DNA of 64,000 bases. Source: Macrostomum hystrix. Taxonomy: Eukaryota > Animalia > Platyhelminthes. Positions 1 to 12,359 of this stretch are shown here, piece after piece. The position numbers and the translations under genes are program-made. The stretch lies in contig CATNEN010000033.1 in NCBI GenBank assembly GCA_950097015.1, positions 2,666,001 through 2,730,000 on the forward strand, written 5' to 3'. Under the pieces are notes generated by a model. That model saw only the letters and a program-made list of their open reading frames with translations, made no database searches and was not told where the DNA came from. The first letter of the stretch is position 1; every line of letters begins with the position of its first letter.

Positions 1-1
1 C

Positions 2-643
2 GCTCTTTCAGAGCCATGCAAAGAAGTGAGCCAGGTGGCTCTAGAGTCTGAAGTCGAAGTGAGGACTCCTGAGTTTGTCAGTGAGGCACAGAATGCTGAT
101 ATGAAGAAAAGTAAAACTGCAGCTAGCAAAGGTGCATCTAAGCGAGTTCACCTAAGCCGCCAGATCAGTACTAAAGTCCGCAAGAATCGAGCCAAGTCGC
201 AGGATCCGAAGACCTTCAAAACTATTAATCATGGAAGACGTTCAAAGGCGCAAGCCATTTCAAGAATAGTATCATCACTAATTCATCCAAATGATCAGTC
301 AACGCTAGTGCAGGAGCAGGAACAACCGCGAACGTTTGCAGAGGGTGACGTCGTCTTGGCAAAACTAAAAAGTTTTCCTTGGTGGCCAGCACTAGTTTGC
401 CGCGAGCAAAAAAGTAACGCTTTTTCTCGCATTGCTTCCAGTGGCAATCATTTTCTGCATGTTCAGTTTTTCGAGGAACCACCTACTCGAGAGTGGATAA
501 CTTACAAAAACGTGAAACCGTTTAGTCCGACTGACGCCTCTGCTGACTGCAGTAATGATCCTGTTCTGTTGGCGGGAATGAACTCAGCACGACAAAGCCT
601 GATGTTAAGCAAAGTGAATCGACTAAATATAGCTAAGTCGTAG
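2..643 (+). CDS. PWWP-domain protein, 3' part (frame is open from the window edge, so 5'-partial)
   Basis: FAEGDVVLAKLKSFPWWPALVC...HVQFFEEPPTREWI fits the PWWP signature of the MSH6/NSD type. No stop in frame from nt 2. TAG at 641-643. Confidence 0.75.
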   Translation, partial: ALSEPCKEVSQVALESEVEVRTPEFVSEAQNADMKKSKTAASKGASKRVHLSRQISTKVRKNRAKSQDPKTFKTINHGRRSKAQAISRIVSSLIHPNDQSTLVQEQEQPRTFAEGDVVLAKLKSFPWWPALVCREQKSNAFSRIASSGNHFLHVQFFEEPPTREWITYKNVKPFSPTDASADCSNDPVLLAGMNSARQSLMLSKVNRLNIAKS

Positions 644-1485
644 TCTGTTTTTAACAATAACTCAACCTGTAGTACATTTTTTCACTTCTGGAATCGTCAA
701 AATGGTTCCTGTACTTATTTGCACAGTAAAGGGAATATTAGAAACTCCAAACTAAAGCAAGCATAATTTCACTCATGCTGTATCCATAAAATCATGCTAA
801 TCATTTAACTACCAAATTAGAAGCTCAAAATGGAGAAAAAAGTAGTGTCGTTTTTTGTCATGTGCCATTGATCGTGATTGCAATCACCAAGATACTCGTA
901 ATTTTCTATGTTCGAAAAGTTCTGTTTTTGCGAGTTTAACACATTTTTTTAAACGTCTAAACTTTTCTAGCAAAGTTGCATAAAATATTTGATATTATAC
1001 GAGCTATTAGCTAAAATCCTAAGCGCTGACTGTGTAAAGCAATAAGTCAACGTTAATGAACCTAAAATTGTCTAAGGCTTCTAAGAAAAATTCACTAGCA
1101 TTCATGAGGCTTTTCACGAAGCGATTCCAGAACCAGAATTATACAAGAAAAATAGCGTTATAACTAATGACTGTTAATAACACGATAAAGCAAGAAGATT
1201 CGATTTTATACGATTTTTAGCCACTTTTATTATTATAGTCAATCTTTCTCAAAAGTTTCTGAATATCTCTCGACTATTTCTCATCTAGGTGCTGAAAAGT
1301 TATAATTGACAAAATGGTTCTGGTTCTGGAATCGGCACCGACAGTACGAAAAGCCTACTTGACATCGTTCAAGCAATCGCTAATAATTTACTAATTTACT
1401 GCTTTCGTTCCGTTTCGTTTTTCATAATGTATCTAATGGCGTTTCGTTTCGGGCTCAAATGCTTTTCGTAATCTCGTTCACTGGT

Positions 1486-2088
1486 TCTTTAATGTTTCAT
1501 TATATTTCATCATGTATTGAGCTCTAATTTTTGCGTCATCTCAATCACAGTTCTTTAATGTTTAATTATATTTCATCATGTATTGAGCTCTAATTTTTGC
1601 GTCATCTCAATCACAGTTCTTTAATGTTTCATTATATTTCATCATGTATTGAGCTCTAATTTTTGCGTTATCTCAATCACAGTTCTTTAATGTTTAATTA
1701 TATTTCATCATGTATTGAGCTCTAATTTTTGCGTCATCTCAATCACAGTTCTTTAATGTTTCATTATATTTCATCATGTATTGAGCTCTAATTTTTGCGT
1801 TATCTCAATCACAGTTCTTTAATGTTTCATTATATTTCATCATGTATTGAGCTCTAATTTTTGCGTCATCTCAATCACAGTTCTTTAATGTTTCATTATA
1901 TTTCATCATGTATTGAGCTCTAATTTTTGCGTCATCTCAATCACAGTTCTTTAATGTTTCATTATATTTCATCATGTATTGAGCTCTAATTTTTGCGTCA
2001 TCTCAATCACAGTTCTTTAATGTTTCATTATATTTCATCATGTATTGAGCTCTAATTTTTGCGTCATCTCAATCACAGTTCTTTAATT
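1486..2088. repeat. 66-bp tandem minisatellite, ~9 copies
   Basis: Unit ttctttaatgtttcattatatttcatcatgtattgagctctaatttttgcgtcatctcaatcacag is repeated head to tail with no spacers. Confidence 0.95.
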
Positions 2089-2245
2089 TTAATATATCTT
2101 TAATCTTTAATATATCATTTCTTCGAAAGCAACAATTCTTTTGTGTTGCAAATTAATTTGAGCCTCTGTCTGAGTAACTATTTTCTACATGTTTTTTTTA
2201 TTTATTTTATTTCAAGCTTTCTAACGGCGTTAATACATGACTAAG

Positions 2246-2387
2246 TGTATTCTTGCACAGAAATGACGACTGCACAATGTGTCAAATCTGACGGCTGTGC
2301 TTTTCAATGGCGTTAAATTATGACGAAATGTATTCTTGCACAGAAATGACGACTGCACAATGTGTCAAATCTGACGGCTGTGCTTTT
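2246..2387. repeat. ~59-bp direct duplication, period 83 bp
   Basis: tgtattcttgcacagaaatgacgactgcacaatgtgtcaaatctgacggctgtgctttt occurs at 2246 and 2329. Confidence 0.85.
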
Positions 2388-2934
2388 TATAGGGGTTGAA
2401 GCCTGACAGGCCAAGTTTTGTAAATGTATGCACAGAATTATCTTTCATTCTATATAGCTTTAAATATTTTTTTCTGTGAGTTACCTCTAGAATATCATTT
2501 CGTTAAAATCCGACTGTATAGAAGGTTTTTTATTCACAAAAATTTCTTACGAATAGTCTAATTAAGTTATTAACAATGAATGGCGATGTCACGGATAAAT
2601 CATAATGAGTGCAGATATGACGTGAGAGTTGCAGCTGGAATTGGACGAAACTGATCTTTTTGACAAAATGAAAGTGCAACAGTCATTTTTGCTGTGTCAT
2701 GAGCTAATTCAAAATGAATCTCATAAGGATACACACTCGTCATTTTTTAATATTTATGTCATGTCATTTTTCGGATATTCGTCATAAACGAACCCCATAG
2801 AGTATATTTTATCAAACACGGGTGAGTCAGTCCACAGACAAATCAAATGAATAAAGGCCAGTCTGGGTATTAAGAACAAGAAATCTATTTCGGCCAAGAG
2901 AGCAGCCCACAGCCCAGACTACCGAGTGATATAC

Positions 2935-3215
2935 CTGACGCACCTGATACAACGCACTGACGCACCTGATACAACGCACTGACGCACCTGATACAACTGA
3001 TACACTTGACTCACTGACGCACCTGATACAACTGATACACTTGACTCACTGACGCACCTGATACAACGCACCTGACGCACTGACGCACCTGATACAACGC
3101 ACCTGACGCACTGACGCACCTGATACAACTTATACACCTGACGCACTGACGCGCCTGATACAACGCACCTGACGCACTAACGCACCTGATACAACGCATC
3201 TGACGCACCTGACGC
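2935..3215. repeat. Irregular tandem repeat of gacgcacctgatacaac(gca)ct-type units
   Basis: Direct reading. The repeat expands a spot that is short unique sequence in the homologous module at ~25780-25815. Confidence 0.85.
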
Positions 3216-3228
3216 AAATTGAACAATT

Positions 3229-3577
3229 ATGAACAACAAAACAACCAAAAGCGGAAATGCCAGCTTTCCGATGTTCCCTGCGTCGTTCCGGGAACACGTC
3301 TTGGCCTCCGCTGCCGCGGAGTTGGACACCGCACTACGGGCTGCGAGTGAAGCAGCGAATGCGGTGGCGGCAGCGGAGGCCTGGACGCCCGGACGGCGCG
3401 GGGCGGAACAGGCGATGGCCGCAGCTATGCGGCGGGTCAGGGCGGCCATGCTACGCACTTTATGCTACTGCATGCTATGACTTTTATTTTCATTTGAATA
3501 TTCATTAGCACATCTGATAACAGCTGAGCTAACAAACTAAATGAAACCTAAAACGCATCTTTCATCCCGCAGCCGGG
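3229..3577 (+). pseudogene. Damaged copy of the small 'AEAWTP' gene (donor-site region lost)
   Basis: FPMFPASFREHVLASAAAELDTAL...AEAWTPGRR..AMAAAMRRVRAAM aligns with 25818-26060. The upstream CCCCATAGAG module (2793) and the downstream acceptor ctttcatcccgcag|CCGGGTGTGCTATG are retained, but the second hairpin arm and GTGAGT donor are missing. Confidence 0.7.
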
Positions 3578-4029
3578 TGTGCTATGTGAAGATGTTATGC
3601 TATGCTATGCTATGTCCGACTTTCAGTCTGCTATTGATTTTTCGACTTCAGCTGCTTAAATTTCTAAATCATACGATTTCGGCTCACAGGCTTTAAAAAA
3701 TAACAAAATGTAAAAAAGAAATAAAAAATATTGTTCGTTATAGCGTTATAGTTTGCACAATACATAACTTATTATCTTGGTTATTTATTTTATCATTAGA
3801 ATAATATGAACTGACTGGCGGTTATGTGGTGAACATTGACGATGAGACTTACTACAATAGCGACGTAATCGTAATCGATCAGTCTGATATATAATTTCAA
3901 GTAAAGTTTATACAAGTTTCTCATGTAAAAAACATTAATAAAACGGATTAGTTTAAAAACTAGCAAGTTTTGCCCCCCTTCGGGGAGAACTACTGGTCAG
4001 ACAAAAAATCTTGTATACTCGCTTACGTA

Positions 4030-6777
4030 TGCGTTGACTATGTGGCATCACAATGTCATCAGCAGGTAGAGGAGATGCAGCCGATGAATTGGTTGCGTCC
4101 AGATCAACGCTACAGGCAGAGCGACGACGCTTCGTGTCGTTTTCGGCTGTTGGATGTCGTTGATGTCGACGATCAAGTGGCCGATTGTGACAGAACGTCT
4201 CGAAACATCATCTGACGTCGTCGGCGACCATCAGATTGGCCTGCTGTTTGGCCAGGCGTCCATACGCATTGACGACACAGTTGCGCGATGTGTCGTGCAG
4301 TGGCACCAGCTGGTTAAGCTTGTCGGGATGCGCGTGCACATATGCCGACAGTACATTTCGACGCCCATCGCCCATGCGATAGGGCCGATCGATGACCAAC
4401 TCGGCGCCCTGCTTGACAAGCGTGCTGAAACTTGTGGAGTCACGCTGTTTGCCACGATGCGTAGGAAACAGCAGAAATTTTTCAGGCCTGACTTGGATGC
4501 TACACTCGGCGAAGTATGGCAATAGAAAGTTGTCGATCCATTGCAGTAGACATTCGCCGACTTTACGTGGCGCAGTCCAGCTTGCACCTTTTCCACGACC
4601 GCCCTTTTTGTGTGCCACTTCGGTAGGCGGCAGGACGGTGACAATGGTGGAGGACGTTGATACATCACTATTGAGTCCAGCATCCAAATAGCAACGCCGG
4701 ATCGCGACCCAAGGACGTAGTCTATTGGCATGGACAATTGCTGCACAGAAGAATGCCAGTTCACGAGTGATCGGCATAATAAATGCATTCCATTTGGCGA
4801 CAGTGTTGGCCATTCGACGTGCACATTGCCCAATGCGACCCCAGTAGCCCTTCACGGGTAGATGAGACCACGAATGTTTGGCGACCATATCAATCAGGCA
4901 GTCTAGCCGGCCGTGAATGATGCGCCATTCGTCAGCGGTCAGGAACTTATCCGTGTAGGACAGCTGGCGTTCGTCATCGCGCAGGTGATAAATATTCTCT
5001 TGCCTCTGACGAATCAATCCAATGCAAGCCTGTACATTTTAAATGGTTATTAAAGAGAAACGCATGCAGTAGCTTCTACAATTGTTCATGATATATTAAA
5101 AAACATAGTATACAACATGCGACACAACAGTACGTACTGCTCACCATGATTGATTCGATGCGGCTAGTCAAAAGTCCAGATACTCGTACTGCAGTCTGAT
5201 GATAGAGAATACCAACTTTGCGCAGGTCAGGACAGGCAGGCAATTCTGACGCGGCCTTGACAATGTCGGCATGCACGTTGGCAAACAATTTATCTGGTGG
5301 CGAGGTCAATTGGAACGCGTTCATAACACTAGGAGCACCGAAGTCGTTGTTGGCTGCTAGAAACTTCTTCGCGCCGCTCAATATGTTATGAAGCTCGTTC
5401 ATTCGCTGTCCAACAGTCGATGGTTTCCAGATATGGCGCTTCACCATCTCGTCCAAATCGAATTGGATGCGCGCTGGATTGATGAACCACATCTCGACTG
5501 TGACATTGATTGCGTGTAGGAGACGACTAGTTGTAGCATGATAGTTCCGCTGGATTGCTTTCCTACGGCTAACATGCGATGCGTTCTCTTCTGCACAGCA
5601 ATGACCCTTGAACCAGATGTCGCCGACATTGTCTAGTTGCTTGTTCATGTGTTCAGATGCAATGTGGTAGTCTGGGCCGTCGAAAACAACAAGCCGAGAC
5701 TTCTTGTGCCTCCGTTGCAATACAAGCTCATTTTTGGCCAATCGCTTCTCGTAGTCACTAACAGAATCACCAGTATTTTCCACGTCAGATTTAGAGGTCT
5801 GAGTCTCTGCTTGTCGCTGACTGACAGGGTTCAGCAAACTGACAGCATTGGTGACTCCGATTGGAACATAGTCTGATGTATACTGGAGAATTGCTTCTGT
5901 CAGATTGACCAGATTCTGCAAGCCAGTACACATGCTATTAACGCGTGGATGCTCAGCGTTGTGGGCTTTCTGCAGAATCTCGTTTAGGCCGGCCGCATTC
6001 AGACGCAGTCCATTGATAAATTCTGTTTGACAAGACAGTTACAAATATTTGTTGATTAGTTTACTATGTGTTAATGTGTAAATAATAAATGTACAGGCAT
6101 GTGCAACAATATTTTAGACCACTTACTGATCGCTGCCACATTGTCGTTGACATTAATGAATTCCGGCATCGTACTCGTTTCGTTTTGCAGTCGCTCGATG
6201 TCGTGACTGACAATATCGGTCGTGTAAGATGATGGTCCGGACCGATCGAAACTGGCCAACACCGGTGCTACTGACAGTGAGCAATGATCTGACTGAGAAG
6301 TAGACGGTATGGCAGACAATGCGTTGTTTGTAATGCGTACAGCATTGGACTGTCCAGCAGAAGACGATCCCGCAGACGACGCACACACGACAATAGGCAG
6401 CTCAATGTTTGCACCCGTGTCAATCGAATCAGACGAAGAGTCGTCGCGCTGTCACTTGACGACAGGGTTGCATTTGCTGCCTCTGTAATTGTCGGTTTAC
6501 GCTTGCATGACCTGTCAATATGTCTACTGAGCTGCTGAACACCTTTGCCACAGTATTGACAGTAAGACAAATCTGGATTGGATCTATCCCGACGTAACCG
6601 GATGATCTTCCATACAGTCCTTGTCTTGATGTCATACGATGCCGTCATTGCGGGTCGTCGAACCTCTGGGATAGTGCTCCAATCAAAAGCCGAAACAAAG
6701 TCTGAATGATTTGTACTAAAGTGCCTTGCAACATTCGTCTTCCGAATTGAAGCTTTGCAGACTGGGCACGTATCCAT
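4030..6777 (-). pseudogene. Zinc-finger + tyrosine recombinase gene, copy 1 (3 exons: 6777-6127, 6022-5145, 5029-; disrupted)
   Basis: GT-AG introns at 6126-6023 and 5144-5030 join the ORFs. YR motifs RQRQENIYHL, HKK, GDGRR, DTSRNCVVNAY are present. Lesions relative to copy 2: 2-nt insertion at ~6445, GGA>TGA at 4208-4210, and 3' truncation at ~4030. Confidence 0.75.
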
Positions 6778-7451
6778 TTCGCTGGTTATTATTTGATTTC
6801 GCTGTTGCAAAACGCTTATAACAGAAGAAATTTTACACAGATTTGTAAGCTAGTGCGCTCGGCTTCTGACTTAAGCTTCTGTCGTGACCCGTACGACCGT
6901 TTAATCACAAACTATCATTCAAGGTTTGTCTATGGTGAAATAACATAATATCGAACTCATATTAAATTTAACGTTGCTATATTGTCTACTAATAGTAGAG
7001 TAGGTAGTTTCGAACAGAATATGAGCATAAACACGAATAATTATTTGACTTCTGATTTATGTCCACCATTTCTATCTCTATGTTTAGGAAGCATTTAAAT
7101 TAGTGTTGATTATTTTAGAGGTATTTTCGCGAAAGTACATTTTCTCCGGCGAAAGAACGAAGGTAAATTTGTTAGTCCGTCCATGCAAACTCGGTGCATT
7201 CGCGAAAGCACAATGAAATGGTTCAGGAAGGACAAAGTGATATATAATAGTATACTTTCGCAAACACGACTACATGCTCCGCAGTGCCCAAGTGCGAAAA
7301 AACATAAGCTTAGCTGTTCTAATTATAGAAATACACTACGGAGATCAAAAAAGGTCATTTGGTATATCCATCCGTATTTTCGCGAAATGACCACATGAGC
7401 TGTTCTATTTTTAGAAATACACTACGGAGAAGGTCATTCGGCTATTATACA

Positions 7452-7725
7452 GACAAATCTTAAGATATGTCCGGGCATCCACAGTTTGCCATAGAAGTAC
7501 AAATCTTAAGATATGTCCGCCCATTCATTTCAATAGAAGGACAAATCTTAAGATTTGTCCTCTATTGTTTTCATATGCTAGTACCATAGACGGTTGGGTC
7601 TGGAGTGCGGCCTTGAGTAGCGGATTTCCACTTGTACATAGGGGAATCCACAGTCTAAGCTGGGGTCCACCGGACAAATCTTCAGATAGTTGGGGTCTGC
7701 AGGACAAATCTTTGACAAATCTTCG
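7452..7725. repeat. Cluster of GGACAAATCTTAAGATTTGTCC palindromes and half-sites
   Basis: Perfect 22-bp palindrome at ~7540-7561, with variants at 7452, 7499, 7672 and 7703. Confidence 0.8.
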
Positions 7726-7954
7726 ATGCATATTTTGTTGGTATTGTATAAGTAAGTCTCACCGCCAATGTACACGACATAACTACCAGTCAGTTCATAT
7801 TATTTAAATGATAAAATAAATAACCAAGATAAGAAGTTGTGTACTATTAACGATTAAAGAAATAACAAACACAAAATTATTTTTATCTTTTATTTATATA
7901 TAATTTTAAAATGGATGACCGGGTGCAGAGCAGTGCTGGCTAATGCTCACATTG

Positions 7955-8029
7955 CCCTCAGGCCGCACGTTGGCCAGCTGAAAGCTTTCAGAAAAAAAAC
8001 TGAAATCTGGCTAACGTGCGACCTGAGGG
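7955..8029. other. Non-coding stem-loop (23-bp stem), inverted homologue at 27069-27139
   Basis: ccctcaggccgcacgttggccag ... ctggctaacgtgcgacctgaggg. Confidence 0.75.
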
Positions 8030-9034
8030 TAACGATGGCTAACGACGCTGTCTTCCACAAGAGCTTTCTTAGCTTTTTACCACTGCCACAATATGCACAG
8101 ATCTCAAGTAGTCAACAATCATAGTCGTTTTGACTTAAGAATACATATGTACTTTCGCGAAAAAAATTTGGCAGTGCGCAAATACTAAAAGATGAAATGT
8201 CTGGCTATTTCGCGAAAATACCATCTAAAAAGTATATAAGTACCATCTGAACTATATAAAAATATTAAGGTTTGGCTATAGACGAAACATTTTCGCGAAA
8301 ATTCACTTATAAAAATGTGTATGAGTCAGCAATATGAATTATATGCAGTCGTTTTTTGTGTCTATGGCCAAAAACGTCTGACTGTATTTTCGAAAGAAAA
8401 AATTTGGATACGAAGAAAAAAATCGCGAAAAAATCGAGCTGTACCAAGCAGATATGTGTATGTTAAAATACGCACGATTTTATGTACTACATACCCAGTT
8501 TGCTCGTTTTAATTGTCCATCTTGGCATATCTAGCAAGACGTAAGCGTATAATAATTTATTCGTCGTTTGTAATTTACTTTTTTAAACAAATCCGTTTTT
8601 AATAATGTTTTTTACATAAGAAACTTGTATAAGCTTAACTTTTTTATCTTGGCAGAAGCGTATAATAATTTATTAGTCGTTTTTAATTTACTTTTTTAGG
8701 TTCTCCTTCATTATTCTTATTTCATTTTCTACTGAACAAACTTGTATAAACTTAACTTGATATTATATATCAGACTGATCGATTACATTACGTCGGTCTT
8801 CTAGTAAGTCTCAACGCCAATGTACATCACATAACCACCAGTCAGTTCATAGTAACCAAGATAAGAAGTTATGTATTGTGAAAACTATAACGAACAGTAT
8901 GTTTTTTTCTTTTTTATCTTTTTATATAGTTTTTAATTCAACACCTATATATTCAACACCAGTCTGGGTAGCACTATATGTACAGTCTGCCGTTTGATGA
9001 AGAAACTCTGCGACAATTATTTACCAACATAGCA

Positions 9035-9262
9035 TTATAGTACACCCGGCTGCGTGATGAAAGATGGGTTTTAGGTTTCATTTACGAGTTTGTAGTTTGT
9101 TTGTTAGCTCAGATGTAATCAGATGTGTTAATAAATATTCAAATGAAAATAAGAATCGAAATCTGCTACTCACATAGGGTCCAATCCCGCAGCTATGCGG
9201 CGGGCCCTGGCCATGAGTAGCATGGCCGCCCTGACCCGCCGCATAGCTGCGGCCATCGCCTG
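9035..9262 (-). pseudogene. 5'-truncated copy of the small 'AEAWTP' gene (exon 1 end, intron 9173-9050, mini-exon PGVL-stop)
   Basis: The reverse complement reads QAMAAAMRRVRAAMLLMARARRIAAGLDP, then GTGAGT...cag|CCG GGT GTA CTA TAA. A 1-nt deletion precedes the donor, and the copy is cut by the mariner at 9262. Confidence 0.75.
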
Positions 9263-10372
9263 GTCCGGGTGATCGAATCCTTGACCTTATTGATACCGAT
9301 GCTCGACTGACAATCCGCGAGATCGCTGACCGGTTGGACACACCGAAGTCAACTGTCCATCTCTGCATGCAAAACATGGGTCTGGCCAAGCTGAGTGCTC
9401 GGTGGGTTCCGAGGATTCTCACCCCTGACATGAAGATGCAGCGAGAGCAGACCTGCCAAGGCAATCTGACGCTGGTTGATCAACATGGAGGATGGAGCTC
9501 TACCCGTTCTCTGGTGGTCACTGGAGACGAAACTTGGATCCCTACTTCGACCCTTCGACCAAGGAGGAGTCCAAGGTGTGGACGATGAAAGGTTCTGACC
9601 CGCCCATCAAGGCTCGACGTGAGACCCATTGCCAGAAGGTGATGCTTTTGCTCTTTTTCGACTGTCATGGGCCACTGACAATTGACTTCCTGGAGCCAAA
9701 TGCCACTGTCAATTCGGACCGCTACATTGATTTGCTGAAGAAGCTGAAGAAGGATATCTCAAACAAGCGGAGAACTCCAGTGAAGCCAATGCTCCTTCAT
9801 CATGACAATGCTCGGCCCCACACTGCACAAAAGACACTCGAAGCAATTAAAAAAATGCAATTCAACCTCCTGCCTCACCCACCGTATTCACCGGACCTGG
9901 CACCAGCTGATTTCACTATCTTCCCGAAGCTCAAGCAGCTTCTGAGGGGCAGAGTTCATGCCAACCGTGACTGCCTTGAGCAAGAAGTGCGACGGGTTCT
10001 TGTTCACGAAATGCCAAGGCAGACATATGCAGATGCCATTGACGGCATGCTTACCCGGTGGAAGAAGTGCATCCAACTGAAGGGTGACTATGTTGAGAGG
10101 GTCTCAGTTGCCACTGAGGATGACATTTGAAGCTTTTTGAAAGACAGCTGTCCTTCTGTTTCATTTTGTTCCATATGCAACCTCCATGTTCCTGATCATG
10201 TATTTAGATGCAGTACCCCACTGCAGTTAAGGAGGCATAACTTTTGAACAGTTAGTGATATTTTCAAAACTCTTTAACTGTGTCATTTGCAAATAAAGCC
10301 GCTATAAAATAAATTTGTTCCTGTTACTCTTGCTAGCTGTTAAAAAGAGTTATGTGAAAAAGTCACCCCTCG
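9262..10372 (+). mobile_element. Tc1/mariner DD34D transposon, 5'-deleted, transposase frameshifted at ~9540
   Basis: HTH (LTIREIADRLDTPKSTVH), WVPRIL, VVTGDETW, HHDNARPH and YSPDLAPADF motifs, with 34 aa between the 2nd and 3rd Asp. The right end ...AAAAAGTCACCCCTCG|TA is a mariner-type TIR with TA. No matching left TIR. Confidence 0.93.
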
Positions 10373-11094
10373 TAAAATACAGAGTTTATATAGAATGTTA
10401 TGTTTTATAGTTTACACTATTAATTTTGCTCTTGCGACTTTACAAATCAGACTGTCCCACTAATTGTAGAATATCATGATTTTTGTTCAATTAATGAAGT
10501 TCTATATACATGTATGGAGTTTAAATATATTGATGAAATTTAATAATAACCGATTGACTAGCTGCACACATCTGTATTCGCATATTAATATCTTTATTAC
10601 TGATGGATCTCATCAGTTATCTGATTATGATTAATGGTAAACGCGACAATATATTGTTCCTAAAATGTTGAAAGGGGGGGTCTGGTCCAGCCAAGCCCCA
10701 GCCAAGGCCCCAGCAAGACCAAAACGGACCTCTGTTGTACGTGTATTCTAAATCGGTGCGAGTTTTCCCCAGAGACGACGACCCTAATTGGGATAGCCTA
10801 TATAAAATGTTCTATATTTAGAAATACACTACGGAGATCAAAAAAAAGGTCATTCGGCTTTTACAGCCATAGACGTGTGCAAGAAATACACTAAGGAGAT
10901 AAAAAATGTCTTTTCAGCTACGCATGCGCCTGCTGTAAGTAGTAGCTATAGCAGTGCAGAAACTGGCTAGTCAGTGAGTTGCAGCTAGAAGAAGCTGCAA
11001 ATTTGGATTTCGGCTTTGGTTTTTGGCTTTGGATGTTTCACTTTCTTCGAACTGATCTCAACTGAAAAGCACTCTGGTACCATTCATTGACGTG

Positions 11095-12110
11095 TAACTT
11101 TCGCGAAAACATAGTTGGCGGATAGTAAAAGCGAGGGAGAGTGAAGAGAGGATCAATTCGAAGGAAGGGGAGGAAACTTTTACTTTACTTTACTTAACTT
11201 TACTGTCTTACTTTCGAGAAAACATATTTGGAGGATAGTACAGGAGGAAAGTGAAAGCGAGGGAGAGTGAAGAGAGGATCATCAGATTAAAGGAAGGGGA
11301 TCAGGAAAGCGAAGGTATAGGGTAGGAAGCTAGGACAGAGTAAAGGGAGGATATGATCGAGAGTGAGACACCACCACCTACCCAACCACCTGCACTCATC
11401 CACTAATTCATTGTACTGATCGATGTCTTACTTTCGCGAAAAAATATCTGGAGGATAGTATACAGGAGGAAAGTGAACGCGAGGGAGAGTGAAGAGAGGA
11501 TCAGGATCATCAGATCCTGAATCAGAATCCAGAATCCTGAATCCAGAATCATCAGATTAAAGGAAGGGGATCAGGAAAGCGAAGGTATAGGGGAGGAAGC
11601 TAGGACAGAGTGAAGGGAGGATATGAGAGTGAGACTGCACCACCACCTACCAAACTTATTTGTCTACAGAATGTACGACTGATTCATTGTAATTATTAAT
11701 TCATTGTACTGATCGATGTCTTACTTTCGAGAAAACATATTTGGAGGATAGTACAGGAGGAAAGTGAAAGCGAGGGAGAGTGAAGAGAGGATCATCAGAT
11801 TAAAGGAAGGGGATCAGGAAAGCGAAGGTATCCACCTGCACTCTGCATCCACCCACCCAAATTCGTACGACTGATTCATTGTGTTTATCGATTCATTGTA
11901 CTGATGTGTTACTTTCGCGAAAACATATTTGGTGGATAGTACAGGACGAAATTGATAGCGAGGGAGAGTGAAGGGAGGATCAGGGTAGATCGAAGGAAGG
12001 AAGAAAGGAAGGGGAGGAAAGCGAAGGTAGGGGAGGAAGCTAGGACAGAGTGAAGGGAGGATATGAGAGTGAGACACCATGCACCACCTACCCAACCTGC
12101 ACCTGCACTC
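11095..12110. repeat. Complex purine-rich repeat, 5 diverged units each opening with TTACTTTCG(C/A)GAAAA
   Basis: Units start near 11097, 11209, 11429, 11721 and 11909 and share ggaggatagtacaggaggaaagtgaaagcgagggagagtgaagagaggatc. Confidence 0.8.
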
Positions 12111-12120
12111 TGCATACACC

Positions 12121-12188
12121 CACCCAACACCACACACCACACCACACCACACACCACACCACACACCACACCACACCACACCACACCC
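12121..12188. repeat. (CACAC/CAC)n microsatellite
   Basis: Direct reading. Confidence 0.9.
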
Positions 12189-12359
12189 TATAGCTGCAGC
12201 ACTCCAATTATAAGAGTTTATGGACTTAGAGAATATACAATCTGTAAATTCTCGACCGTCCCAAGGCTTAAATAGTGTAGTGAGATCGGGGCGGGATAGA
12301 GCGAGCCAGTTAGTATAAGGGGAGTCCTAAAGACGAGGGAAAGCGCACCACGCATCAAC

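Larger units (their letters stand above)
3409..9262. mobile_element. Block with long inverted ends (3409-~3965 vs ~8580-9262) enclosing a tyrosine-recombinase pseudogene
   Basis: 3409-3454 is the exact reverse complement of 9217-9262 (46 nt). 3490-3585 matches rc 9040-9150, and 3730-3965 matches rc ~8585-8900. Confidence 0.7.

Noticed and set aside
1486-2088. Possible CRISPR array (also considered for the 22.2, 31.0, 38.2, 39.2 and 60.5 kb arrays)
   Set aside because: Units are head to tail with no unique spacers, there are no cas genes, and the context is eukaryotic.
9041-9070. TA-CACCCGGCTG... as the left TIR of the mariner
   Set aside because: It does not match the right TIR (TACGAGGGGTGAC...). 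The sequence is the rc of the PGVL mini-exon and acceptor, conserved in two mariner-free copies.
12121-12188. C1-3A yeast-telomere-like tract
   Set aside because: A short internal microsatellite in a metazoan context with no other telomeric evidence.
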